NCBI GenBank assembly: GCA_964643955.1 | Contig: CAZXUO010000001.1 | Location: forward strand, 14,314-78,313 | DNA from: an uncultured Candidatus Saccharibacteria bacterium | GTDB lineage: Bacteria; Patescibacteriota; Minisyncoccia; Phycocordibacterales; UBA918 | DNA length: 64,000 bases | Reading direction: 5' to 3' | Part shown: positions 28,808 to 37,843 of the stretch, piece after piece | Numbering within the stretch: position 1 is the first letter of the stretch | Layout of the letters: every line of letters begins with the position of its first letter | Made by a program: the position numbers and the translations under genes | The notes under the pieces: model-generated | Database searches by the model: none | Seen by the model: only the letters and a program-made list of their open reading frames with translations | Told to the model about the DNA's origin: nothing

Positions 28808-29185
28808 CTATGTCTTTTCAAGCGTGCGGCGTCCTGAACCCATCGTCTTGCGCGCGCCACGGAGGGTGCGGGCATTGGTGCGGGTACGCTGACCGCGCAC
28901 GGGGAGGCGCTTACCATGGCGGAGGCCACGGTACGACTTGATGTCCTTAAGACGCTTGATATTGCCGGTTACCTCACGGCGGAGCTCACCTTCAATCGTG
29001 AGCGCCTCAATCTTCTCGCGAATAGAATTCTCTTCATCAGTTGAAATGTCTGCAGGACGCTTTGTTGCAGGAACGCCTACTTCTTCGAGGATGCGTGCTG
29101 CCTGACTGCGGCCGACGCCGTAGACGGCGGTGAGACCGAAGGCAAGCTGCTTGTTATCAGGAATGGTGATACCGGCGATACGCAT
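28808..29185 (-). CDS. rpsM: 30S ribosomal protein S13
   Basis: MRIAGITIPDNKQL ... typical S13. Confidence 0.9.
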   Translation of the reverse strand: MRIAGITIPDNKQLAFGLTAVYGVGRSQAARILEEVGVPATKRPADISTDEENSIREKIEALTIEGELRREVTGNIKRLKDIKSYRGLRHGKRLPVRGQRTRTNARTLRGARKTMGSGRRTLEKT

Positions 29186-29194
29186 AAGAATGAA

Positions 29195-29311
29195 TTAGCC
29201 TTGTCGCTGCTTATGGCGCGGATTGCGCTTGTTAATAACATACACAACACCTCGTCGCTTGACGATGATGTCATCGGGAGACATTTTTTTTACTGATGAT
29301 CGGACCTTCAT
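29195..29311 (-). CDS. rpmJ: 50S ribosomal protein L36, cysteine-less (C-minus) form, 38 aa
   Basis: Translated by hand: [38 protein letters not shown]. Not in the ORF track (below 60 aa). Lies between infA and rpsM as expected. The usual CxxC...C...H zinc ligands are replaced by S/P/D/N. Confidence 0.8.
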   Translation of the reverse strand: MKVRSSVKKMSPDDIIVKRRGVVYVINKRNPRHKQRQG

Positions 29312-29313
29312 AT

Positions 29314-29535
29314 TTACATTCGCTTGGTTATGCGGGCTTTGCCGCCGTATGGTTCGGGGACGAGTGCAACACGGTCTCCGACGAGCACGCGAATGCGAAA
29401 CTTCCTCATTTTGCCGGCAAGATACGCAAGGATGAGCGCGCCGTCGTCGAGCTTAACGCGAAAAAGCGTATTAGGCAATGCCTCCTCGACTACGCCGTAT
29501 ACGAGGTTGTCTTCCTTGGACTGTTCTTGCATCAA
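29314..29535 (-). CDS. infA: Translation initiation factor IF-1
   Basis: S1-like OB-fold; 73 aa. Confidence 0.9.
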   Translation of the reverse strand: MMQEQSKEDNLVYGVVEEALPNTLFRVKLDDGALILAYLAGKMRKFRIRVLVGDRVALVPEPYGGKARITKRM

Positions 29536-29579
29536 ACCATAATAATCTAACAGAAGGGCGCAATATAGTCAAATCGGCC

Positions 29580-30923
29580 TTATTCTGCGCCTCCTCCCGT
29601 GACCTCAATTATCCTGATTTTCTGGGGTGCCTCAGGGAATGAGCGCTTCCAGAAAGGCCGGATAACGGTCGTTGCGCGCTCAATAGCAGGATATGTGGCG
29701 AGTATTGAGGGGAGTTCACTCTTTGCGATACCCGCTACATCCTCACGGAGCTGGTTTTCGTCATAATCCCATACAATGCGGACATTTCCTGAGAGATTAA
29801 ACTCAAGGCGGTCATCTTGGCGGAGTGCTGCCTCAGGCGAGGTGGTCGCTGTATATGCGAATGAGAGCTTTGAGGGGTCTTCTATACGCACTGCTTCCCC
29901 TGCATAGTCCGTGATGGTGTTTTGAGCAATATACTGAGCAAACGGACCGTCGGCGAAGATTGGTACGGTAAGAATAGCTTTTTCACGGATGGTGGCCTCG
30001 CTTGAGCCAGTATCGACTGATGGGAGTGACTCAAAGGTGACATCAAGTGCATCGCTATAGAGGGTAAATCCTGATGGACGCTCACTCTGGAGGCGGCCCA
30101 TGAGTTTTTCACGGAGCTCGGTGTGGATAGCTTCTTGTGCTCCCTTAAGGCTCGATTCCTCTACGATCAGCTTGGTGCCGATGAAGCCACCATTCATTGG
30201 AGCTTTTGACTCAGCATAGATGTTCTCAAATTGGTCGCTTCCCTTGAGACCGGGGACAGTGAAGCGAGTCGGCGCGATGTTGTACTCGTCACCAGCGACG
30301 TCCGCAAAGACTGAAGCGGTCGTGCTTCCGGGGATGATCTTTCCCGATGCGTCTTTGGTGTATCCGGGAATGACAATTGAATCATTGATGCGGAATATCT
30401 TTCCATCGGCAGATTCAAATCGCGTGTTTTTAATCAGGCGCTGTGTGTCAGTACTGTGAGCGTTGTAGACGGTGATCTCTCCTGTTGCGCGCTCTTCTGC
30501 TTCCTCTGAGCCGGTGGCTGCAACGGTGCGCTCTCCGGTCTCCTCAAGGGTGAGAAGCTCATAGCCAAGCTCAGTTGGAGCGGGGTTTTGGAGCGCGGTA
30601 AAGGTCGCTTGTACGGTTACGTCTCTAAACTTCGGATAGACAGTGAGATCAGCACCACGGAGGAATATGGTTGTGAGGAATATAAGGAGGCCGAGAACAG
30701 CAATAATGGCAATAAGAAACACCGTGCGGCCACCACTTCGGCGAGATGATCTACTGCGCGGTTCGCGACGCTTTGGTGCCTCCTCTTCCTGTGCGTCACT
30801 CACATCAATGCGAGAAGGTCGCGGACCGAGGTTGGTAGCGTCTGCCGCCACGCGCTTACGCGAAGTACGCGCTGTACGTTCTGGTGGTCGAATATCCCCC
30901 AAATTCCATTTTTGCTGTGCCAT
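29580..30923 (-). CDS. Single-pass membrane protein: Arg-rich disordered cytoplasmic N-terminus, one TM, about 350-aa extracytoplasmic domain (possible PilN/PilO-like or division-associated)
   Basis: Topology inferred from the hydrophobic stretch FLIAIIAVLGLLIFLTTIFL; no catalytic motif. Lies directly downstream of an actin-like ATPase gene. Confidence 0.5.
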   Translation of the reverse strand: MAQQKWNLGDIRPPERTARTSRKRVAADATNLGPRPSRIDVSDAQEEEAPKRREPRSRSSRRSGGRTVFLIAIIAVLGLLIFLTTIFLRGADLTVYPKFRDVTVQATFTALQNPAPTELGYELLTLEETGERTVAATGSEEAEERATGEITVYNAHSTDTQRLIKNTRFESADGKIFRINDSIVIPGYTKDASGKIIPGSTTASVFADVAGDEYNIAPTRFTVPGLKGSDQFENIYAESKAPMNGGFIGTKLIVEESSLKGAQEAIHTELREKLMGRLQSERPSGFTLYSDALDVTFESLPSVDTGSSEATIREKAILTVPIFADGPFAQYIAQNTITDYAGEAVRIEDPSKLSFAYTATTSPEAALRQDDRLEFNLSGNVRIVWDYDENQLREDVAGIAKSELPSILATYPAIERATTVIRPFWKRSFPEAPQKIRIIEVTGGGAE

Positions 30924-30949
30924 ATACGGACAGTATACCGCCTCCTTTT

Positions 30950-32194
30950 CTAATTATCTATTTCGCCACATGCGTGGAGTTTGTGGAAAAAGCGTGCGGT
31001 GAGTGCGAGTCGTGTATCGGGCACGGTCCCCTCTTTCCAGAGGACGAGGTCGTGCGTGTTGTGCGGACCAATAGGAATAAGGGTTTTGTCTTTATGTCCT
31101 CCCTTTCCGGTGAGTGCGTGCGCGCATGCTTCGGTAAAAAATACGCTCATTTCTTCTTCACAAATAATGAAGACAGTGCGTGGAAGTGCGTAGCGCGAGG
31201 TGATCTCACGTATTGCGCGTTCGAGAGTTGCGATGTAGCGCTGTTGTGCCTTTTCGAGAATTGCTTCTTGTTTTTTTGTCAATAATTCTTGAGCGAAACT
31301 ACGGGCATAGAGCGCGGCTTCTTCTGCAGGGACGTGTGCGCTGTCTGCGATGTCGCGAATGAGTGCGTGCACGCCGTAGAGGACCGCATGGGATTCGTAG
31401 AGAATGTGCTGCTGCATGACTGAGAGTTCGGTCGCACCTCCTGAGATATCGATGATGAGCGCATTTGAAACTTTTGGATAGAGATCACGCAAGACACAAT
31501 ATTCAACGAGTGCTGCGGTGTGTGGATACGGCGTGCTGTGTGGAAAAACGCGCTCGGTTACTTCTTCAAAGGTGTCGATTGCACGCTCGGTGATCAATCC
31601 GCGCAAATATGCGACGTCGATCTCGAGTGCATCGTGTCCGTACGGATCGGCGATCGGGTATCCGTTTGCGGTGATATTGATGACCGACTGCTCAACTGTG
31701 TGCATGTCGGGTCCGTGTCCGCTGCGTGCACGGCCTTTCTTATACGCGTCTTTCGTGCGCTCTTCTGCGTGACGGATGATATCGTCCACGAGTTCGCGTG
31801 TGATGGTAAATGGGTGCTCGGGCTCAAAGTGGATGATCTGCGTAACGGTCTGTGCCCATGGAGCAGTGCACGATATGAAAATACGCGAGACAGGCGTGCG
31901 TATCTTGTACTGCGTCGAGAGCGGTGCTACTTCTACGGCGACCGCTTTAAGTACGGTCGTGAGTGCATGCTGCATAGCGCGTGCGCGGCCAACAGGAGTC
32001 GAGGTGTGCTTTACGTGGATAGGTTCACGAGCACTCATGAGTATCTCGGGCATTGATTGCTTCTCTCGAAAGAGTGCGAGTGCTGCAGCGACACTTCCTG
32101 CACCGACATCAACAATCACGCTTAAAGAAGCGCCGCGGTCGCTCTTATTAAATCCGAGCATGGTGCGTTCATTATAGAATACGCGCGCACTCAT
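30950..32194 (-). CDS. Actin-like ATPase of the PilM/FtsA family
   Basis: Two phosphate-loop-like segments (VIVDVGAGSV and IIDISGGATELSV) arranged as in PilM/FtsA. Start uncertain: ATG at 32194 or 32161; the track ORF runs to 32344 with a non-coding-looking extension. Confidence 0.5.
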   Translation of the reverse strand: MSARVFYNERTMLGFNKSDRGASLSVIVDVGAGSVAAALALFREKQSMPEILMSAREPIHVKHTSTPVGRARAMQHALTTVLKAVAVEVAPLSTQYKIRTPVSRIFISCTAPWAQTVTQIIHFEPEHPFTITRELVDDIIRHAEERTKDAYKKGRARSGHGPDMHTVEQSVINITANGYPIADPYGHDALEIDVAYLRGLITERAIDTFEEVTERVFPHSTPYPHTAALVEYCVLRDLYPKVSNALIIDISGGATELSVMQQHILYESHAVLYGVHALIRDIADSAHVPAEEAALYARSFAQELLTKKQEAILEKAQQRYIATLERAIREITSRYALPRTVFIICEEEMSVFFTEACAHALTGKGGHKDKTLIPIGPHNTHDLVLWKEGTVPDTRLALTARFFHKLHACGEIDN

Positions 32195-32232
32195 TGTGCG
32201 CGCGTATGCTGCTTCGGGTGGATAAATATTTT

Positions 32233-34128
32233 TTACTCGAGCACTGCTTTCACGCGACGAACGCCCGCTGCAGATGATTCTTCTTTTGTGATCTTGAAGG
32301 TACCACTGAGTTCGGTCGTGTTTTCTACGTGCGGACCGCCACAAAGCTCACGCGAATACACGACGCCGTCCGTATCTTTGACCGTATATACTTTCACCTC
32401 GTCTGGATAACGATCCCAGAAACTTCCTTCAACCGTCGGATCATTTTCAGCGTCACTTTTTTTAACGGTCTCTGTGGTGACGTGTGCTCCTGCTTTGATC
32501 GCGTCGTTTACATATGTCTCAACGCGATTAAGTACTTCACGCGGTACTTTGTCGTGGTAGGTAAAGTCGAAACGAAGACGCTCGCCCGTGATGTTTGAGC
32601 CTGCTTGGTGTACTTCGTCGCCGAGCTCTTTGCGCAAGCCTGCGAGGAGGAGGTGTGTTGCGGTGTGATACTGCACTACTTTTTCTGAGTGGTCAGCGAG
32701 TCCACCCTTAAACTTTTGCTCTGCTCCCGCGCGTGAGGTTTCCTGGTGCTTCTCCATCTCTTGCTTAAAGCTTTCGAGATCTACCGTAATGCCGCGCTCA
32801 TGTGCGAGCTCACTCGTAAGCTCGATTGGAAAACCGTAGGTCGTAAACAAAATAAATGCGTCCTCTCCGGACATATCTTTATCTGCGATTTTTTCAAATT
32901 GACGAAGGCCGCGCTCGAGTGTTTTTCGGAACTGAGTTTCTTCATCGCGGATTGCGCTTATGATGATTTCTTTTTTGTCAGCAAGATTGGTGTAGTGATC
33001 TTTATAGGTTGCAATCACGCTCTCAGCGAGATTTTTGAGCTCGCCTTCGGGTACGCCGAGCATGTCTGCATAGCGGACGCTGCGGCGCAGGAGTCTGCGT
33101 GCAAAATATCCCTGCTCGGTGTTTGACGGGAGTACCCCATCGCCAATCATAAAGACTGCGCCGCGGATATGGTCGGCAATCACACGAAACGCCACAAGAT
33201 TTTCTTCATACTTTTTTCCTGAAAGGCTTTCAATCTGTGCGATGACGGGTGCAAAGAGGTCAATCTTAAAGACGTCAGCATCATTGTTTTTTGCGGCGAC
33301 GATACGCTCAAGTCCTCCACCGAAGTCGATGTTCTTATTGGTGAGCTCCTCAAATTGTCCTTCTCCACGCTTCACATACTGCATGAAGACATTGTTGCCG
33401 ATCTCCATGAAGCGTCCGCAGTCGCAGTTTGGGTGGCAGTGTGGGCCGTACTTTGTGTCGTGTGGAGTTCCGAAATCATAAAACATCTCTGAGTCGGGGC
33501 CACCGGGCTCGCCCACCGGCATCTTGTCAGGTACGCCTGCTCTCGACCACCAGTTTTTCTTTGCCTCGTAGAAGAAGATGCGCTCACCTTCTTTCATGCC
33601 GCGCTCATAGCCGGCTGCTTCGCTTCCGATATCGGCAATTCCTGCGGTGATGCCCTTTTCTGCAAAAAGCTGTTGCCAAATGCCCGGCGCTTCTTCGTCG
33701 CGTGGAAGGCCGTTTTTCTCGTCGCCACCGAAGACCGTGATATAGAGGCGATCAGGTGGAATACCGACGACATTGGTGAGGAAATCAAACATCCACTCGA
33801 TCTGCTCTTTTTTGAAGTAGTCGCCAAACGACCAGTTGCCGAGCATTTCGAAGAACGTCGTGTGACGGTTGTCGCCCACCTCTTCGATATCTTCTGCGCG
33901 GAAAGACTTCTGAGAGTCAGCGATACGAGTACCCTTCGGATGTTTTTCACCCATGAGGTACGGGAGCATCGGCTGCATACCGCTGCCGGTGAAGAGTGTC
34001 GTCGGGTCGTTCTCGGGCACGATGGCAGAAGAAGGTACGACGGCGTGGCCGCGTTCTTCCATATACTTCAAAAACTTCTCGCGTATCTCATTTCCGGACA
34101 TAGTAGTGAAAATATACCCTCTCCCCAC
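32233..34128 (-). CDS. alaS: Alanine--tRNA ligase, short form (catalytic, tRNA-binding and editing domains; no C-Ala domain)
   Basis: N-terminal AlaRS class II core (FTGSGMQPMLPY...) and editing-domain HxxxH/CGG(P)H motifs (HTATHLL, CGGPH); only 631 aa. Confidence 0.85.
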   Translation of the reverse strand: MGRGYIFTTMSGNEIREKFLKYMEERGHAVVPSSAIVPENDPTTLFTGSGMQPMLPYLMGEKHPKGTRIADSQKSFRAEDIEEVGDNRHTTFFEMLGNWSFGDYFKKEQIEWMFDFLTNVVGIPPDRLYITVFGGDEKNGLPRDEEAPGIWQQLFAEKGITAGIADIGSEAAGYERGMKEGERIFFYEAKKNWWSRAGVPDKMPVGEPGGPDSEMFYDFGTPHDTKYGPHCHPNCDCGRFMEIGNNVFMQYVKRGEGQFEELTNKNIDFGGGLERIVAAKNNDADVFKIDLFAPVIAQIESLSGKKYEENLVAFRVIADHIRGAVFMIGDGVLPSNTEQGYFARRLLRRSVRYADMLGVPEGELKNLAESVIATYKDHYTNLADKKEIIISAIRDEETQFRKTLERGLRQFEKIADKDMSGEDAFILFTTYGFPIELTSELAHERGITVDLESFKQEMEKHQETSRAGAEQKFKGGLADHSEKVVQYHTATHLLLAGLRKELGDEVHQAGSNITGERLRFDFTYHDKVPREVLNRVETYVNDAIKAGAHVTTETVKKSDAENDPTVEGSFWDRYPDEVKVYTVKDTDGVVYSRELCGGPHVENTTELSGTFKITKEESSAAGVRRVKAVLE

Positions 34129-34135
34129 GCTTTCC

Positions 34136-35962
34136 TCAAGCGCGCTTCTGCTTCTTCACGAGGCGTTCGAGCTCGAGGACCTTCCGCTCAAGTGCTGAAA
34201 GTCCAGTCGTAAAGAACTCTTCGCGATCGGTACGGAGACCTGCACTTTTGAAGATATCTTCGGGACTTGCGCTTGCGCCCGCTGTAAGGAACTCATCAAT
34301 CTTCGTAATATATGAAGAATCTTGTTTCCAGCGCTCAGAGAGGACGTTTGATACGAGGCTTCCGTATGCGTAGGTGTACACATAGAAGAACATGCGGAAG
34401 TGCGGCACATAGACAAATGAGTAGCCGTCTTTCTCGCTGACGTCGACGTGTGATCCGAGGTACGCTTTGAGGTGCGTACGGAGCATTGCTGCCATTTCTT
34501 CTTTCGTCATGCTGCCTTCTTCGCGGATTGTCTCATGCAGCTCGCGCTCATAATTGAAGAATGCGATCTGGCGCATGATTGTCGAAACTTCATCACTTAT
34601 CTTTCCATGGAGTGCGGTAATACGCTCCTTTTCTGGAAGTTGCGCAAGGAGTGATTCGAACACAAGGTTCTCAAAGAGTGTGCTCGCTGTTTCTGCAGTT
34701 GCGGTGCTGTGGCCTTGGTAGAGTACTGGCTGCTCCTTGCTTCGCTCAGCGTGGACCGCGTGCCCCATCTCGTGCGCGAAGGTTGTGAGCGAGTGCATGT
34801 CATCGACTTGGTTTAAGAGCACCATCGTCGGCTGGTTGACTCCGCTCGCACAAAACGCACCACCGGACTTCCCTTTCTTTGGATACACATCGATCTGTCC
34901 GCGCTCGAGCATCTGATCGAGGATTGATCCGTAGGTGTTGTCGAGCTTGTAAAAGACTTCGCGGAGCGTATCGACGGCTTGATCAAATGGGATCGCGATT
35001 TTCTTTCCGTACGGAGCGCTCTTGTCAGGGTAGCGAAGTTTCTTCTCACCGAGCATCGAGGCTTTGAGTTTGTAGAAGCGACTACTGATGTCAAAGCGAT
35101 CAGTTACTGCACTAACGAGCGCTTCGATGCTACGCTCGCTGTTTTCGTTTCCGATGACGGTTGCCGAGTACGGCTTTGCGTATCCGCGCAGCTCATCGTT
35201 GATCTTTTTATTGAGGACGACGGCGTTCATTTCATTTTCTGCAACATCAGCCATGTTGGCGATGACCTCAATTGAGGCGTCCCAGAGCGCATGTCGCTCT
35301 TTTTTTGGGAGTGTACTGACGAGATTGAGTGCCTCCATGAGCGGAAGCTCCTTGCCTTTGTGACGTACGCTCTTTTGGTTGAGAATTTTTTCAGTACCGG
35401 CGACCCAGAGCTGGCTCGCAGGAAGTGATTTGAGGTTGAGAATCTTCTCCTCAGCTTCGGTTAGATTGTATTTCGCGTTGAGAAACGTGCGTTCAAGGTA
35501 GTAGCGATATGGTAGAAACTTTTCATCGGCAAGGATGTTTTCTTGCTGATCTTTTGGAATTGCGCCGAGTGCAAGATCGAAGAATACGAGGAGGTTCCCC
35601 GCTTTTGTGAGACGGTCAGAAAGCTTGTTGAGCATTTTTTCTGCAGCGCTGTCTTTTGCATCGATTTCCTTTCGGTAGCCGAAGTAGCGCATCGGTCGCT
35701 CAAACTCAGGCATCGCACAGAGTTTTTCAAATGCAGCCAAGGCTTTAAGAAGCGAGGTGCGCTCAGCAGTAAATGGTGTGCCGGCGAATTCTTTTGCGAA
35801 GGCCGCACACGCTTTTTCTGCAGCACGTACATCGTGCTCGATGCGTGGGTCCTCTGCATTTTTATAGAAAAGTCCGAAATCCCACGCGGTCTTGTAGGTC
35901 TGCTTCTTGTTAGTGTCCGTTTTTTTGCGTGATGCCATGGATGAAATTTTTATATTCGTCAA
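34136..35962 (-). CDS. pepF: Oligoendopeptidase F (M3B)
   Basis: HEMGHAVH zinc motif; about 600 aa. Confidence 0.85.
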   Translation of the reverse strand: MTNIKISSMASRKKTDTNKKQTYKTAWDFGLFYKNAEDPRIEHDVRAAEKACAAFAKEFAGTPFTAERTSLLKALAAFEKLCAMPEFERPMRYFGYRKEIDAKDSAAEKMLNKLSDRLTKAGNLLVFFDLALGAIPKDQQENILADEKFLPYRYYLERTFLNAKYNLTEAEEKILNLKSLPASQLWVAGTEKILNQKSVRHKGKELPLMEALNLVSTLPKKERHALWDASIEVIANMADVAENEMNAVVLNKKINDELRGYAKPYSATVIGNENSERSIEALVSAVTDRFDISSRFYKLKASMLGEKKLRYPDKSAPYGKKIAIPFDQAVDTLREVFYKLDNTYGSILDQMLERGQIDVYPKKGKSGGAFCASGVNQPTMVLLNQVDDMHSLTTFAHEMGHAVHAERSKEQPVLYQGHSTATAETASTLFENLVFESLLAQLPEKERITALHGKISDEVSTIMRQIAFFNYERELHETIREEGSMTKEEMAAMLRTHLKAYLGSHVDVSEKDGYSFVYVPHFRMFFYVYTYAYGSLVSNVLSERWKQDSSYITKIDEFLTAGASASPEDIFKSAGLRTDREEFFTTGLSALERKVLELERLVKKQKRA

Positions 35963-36506
35963 ATACGTGATTAAACTCGTGCAGGATATCGTTTTTGAGA
36001 TGGCTGTTGAGGATATTGCTGATGCTTTGGTAGACCATCATACGATCATCGAGCGATCCGCCAAAGTCACGTAGAAATCTATCATGATCTTCAAAGTACT
36101 CCTCGATTGTCGTTCGCATGTTGTGAATCTTGTCTGCTGCTGCGACGATGAGCGCGCGCTCAGGTGCCTTTTTCAATGTCTCTGCGTACTGTGAGTGCAT
36201 CTCCTTCCAGACATTTCCTGAAGAAATTTCTTCAAGTGGCGGCTTCGTCACCGCGAGGACAAGCGCTCGTACATCTTCGCCGAAATCTCCGGCAAGCTCT
36301 TCCTCAGTGTAGTCCGTATCTTCGAGTGTATCGTGGAGAAGGCCGGCGATGATAGTATCTTCGTCCTCAGTATAGTCAGCGATGATGCAGGCAACAGAAA
36401 AGAGATGCGTGACGTATGGGAACGGCGCTTTCCCCTTTCGGGCTTGGTCTTTGTGGAGTACGGCAGCGGCGCGTATTGCTTGTTCGATGCGGTACGAGTA
36501 CATCAT
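35910..36506 (-). CDS. HD-domain phosphohydrolase
   Basis: H ... HD motif (HLFSVACI ... GLLHDTLEDT). Confidence 0.7.
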   Translation of the reverse strand: MMYSYRIEQAIRAAAVLHKDQARKGKAPFPYVTHLFSVACIIADYTEDEDTIIAGLLHDTLEDTDYTEEELAGDFGEDVRALVLAVTKPPLEEISSGNVWKEMHSQYAETLKKAPERALIVAAADKIHNMRTTIEEYFEDHDRFLRDFGGSLDDRMMVYQSISNILNSHLKNDILHEFNHVFDEYKNFIHGITQKNGH

Positions 36507-37099
36507 AGGTACTTCGGAATTATTTTAAAATCTTCCTTGAGTGTATCGATAAGCGAGCGATTGTAAATAGCTGCTGCGGGATGGTATTGCGGGATGATGT
36601 GGATCGGCCCGTAGCTCGCATCGACCACATAGCTTTTTCCATGCGCTTCGCCGATTGTTGGCGATTCGATACCAAACTTCTGGAGAATGTATTGCATTGA
36701 ATAGCGACCGAGCGTAGCGATCACTTTTGGTTCTATGATCTCGATCTGTCGATCAAGAAATGGTCCGTATACTGCAATTTCTTCTGGTGTCGGATCGCGG
36801 TTTTCTGGCGGACGATCTTTGACGATGTTGCTTATGTAAATATCGTCACGCTTTAAGTCGATACTCTCAAGGAGCGCATCGAGTGTCTTTCCTGCTGCGC
36901 CGCAGAAAGGCCGGCCCGTCTTTGCTTCATTGCGCCCCGGTGCTTCACCAATAAAGAGTATGTCTGCATCGATATTTCCTTCCCCAATCACGGGGAGATA
37001 GTTGTTCTCAGTGCGATAGCTGTAGAGTGGTGACGAGGTGAGATTAAGTACTTCGTCATATACGATATCCATCGCACGTTGTTTCTCCTCTGCGATCAT
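36503..37099 (-). CDS. Uracil-DNA glycosylase, family 4
   Basis: GEAPGRNEAKTGRPFCGAAGKTLD family-4 motif. Confidence 0.8.
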   Translation of the reverse strand: MIAEEKQRAMDIVYDEVLNLTSSPLYSYRTENNYLPVIGEGNIDADILFIGEAPGRNEAKTGRPFCGAAGKTLDALLESIDLKRDDIYISNIVKDRPPENRDPTPEEIAVYGPFLDRQIEIIEPKVIATLGRYSMQYILQKFGIESPTIGEAHGKSYVVDASYGPIHIIPQYHPAAAIYNRSLIDTLKEDFKIIPKYL

Positions 37100-37572
37100 G
37101 AATTTGTCAGGCTTCGTCGACGAGCTGCTTCTTCGGCTTCGTGATGCGCCTCATCTGTCTGAATGAGCTTTCGTCGAGAATCCTCACCGAGTGTTTTTTG
37201 TGCTCGATCAGCTGCTGCGAGCTTTGCTCGGTTTGCCCGTTGCTCTTTTTCTTGCTCTTCCTTAAGCTCTTCCTCTAATCTTTTGATTTTTTCTTCTGCA
37301 CTCTTGATGTCTGGATCGAGGGCGCGCGCTGCCTCTTCGGCTGTTGCTACTTTGTCCTTTATTAAATTTAACTGACGCTCAGATGCTTCAAGGATGCGCT
37401 TCAGTGCCTCTTCTTTTTCCTTTTTTACGTGGAGAAAGCGCGCCTCTTCTTGCGCTGCCTTCTTTTTTGCAGTCTCAGTCGTGCGCTCAAGCTCTTGGCG
37501 CTTACGGAGTAGTCGATCGAGCTCACGTTGTGCGCTTTTTATTGCTTGGTCTAGTCGAGTGAAAAGTCCCAT
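37096..37572 (-). CDS. Hypothetical coiled-coil protein (charged, E/K/R-rich)
   Basis: Heptad-like charged repeats; 4-nt overlap with the UDG gene suggests translational coupling. Confidence 0.5.
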   Translation of the reverse strand: MGLFTRLDQAIKSAQRELDRLLRKRQELERTTETAKKKAAQEEARFLHVKKEKEEALKRILEASERQLNLIKDKVATAEEAARALDPDIKSAEEKIKRLEEELKEEQEKEQRANRAKLAAADRAQKTLGEDSRRKLIQTDEAHHEAEEAARRRSLTNS

Positions 37573-37584
37573 GGCTGTGAGAAA

Positions 37585-37842
37585 TTATAAGGTTACTCCT
37601 TCGGCTTCGAGTATAGCACGCTTGGCTTTTGTGCCACCGCGATTGTAGCCTGCGAGCGTACCGTCGCTTCGAATGACGCGGTGACAGGGTATCTCAGGGT
37701 CATAGTTTGCGGCCATGACGCGCGCGACAGCGCGCGCTGCAGAGGGATTGCCCGCTTCTGTAGCGACTTCTTTGTATGTTCTGACTTCTCCTTTTGGAAT
37801 GTTACGCACGACTTCTCGTACGCGATCAGTAAATGTATCCAT
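37585..37842 (-). CDS. Methylated-DNA--protein-cysteine methyltransferase, DNA-binding/catalytic C-domain only (Ogt-like, 85 aa)
   Basis: PCHRV active-site motif with the Cys present; 85 aa. Confidence 0.7.
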   Translation of the reverse strand: MDTFTDRVREVVRNIPKGEVRTYKEVATEAGNPSAARAVARVMAANYDPEIPCHRVIRSDGTLAGYNRGGTKAKRAILEAEGVTL

Positions 37843-37843
37843 A

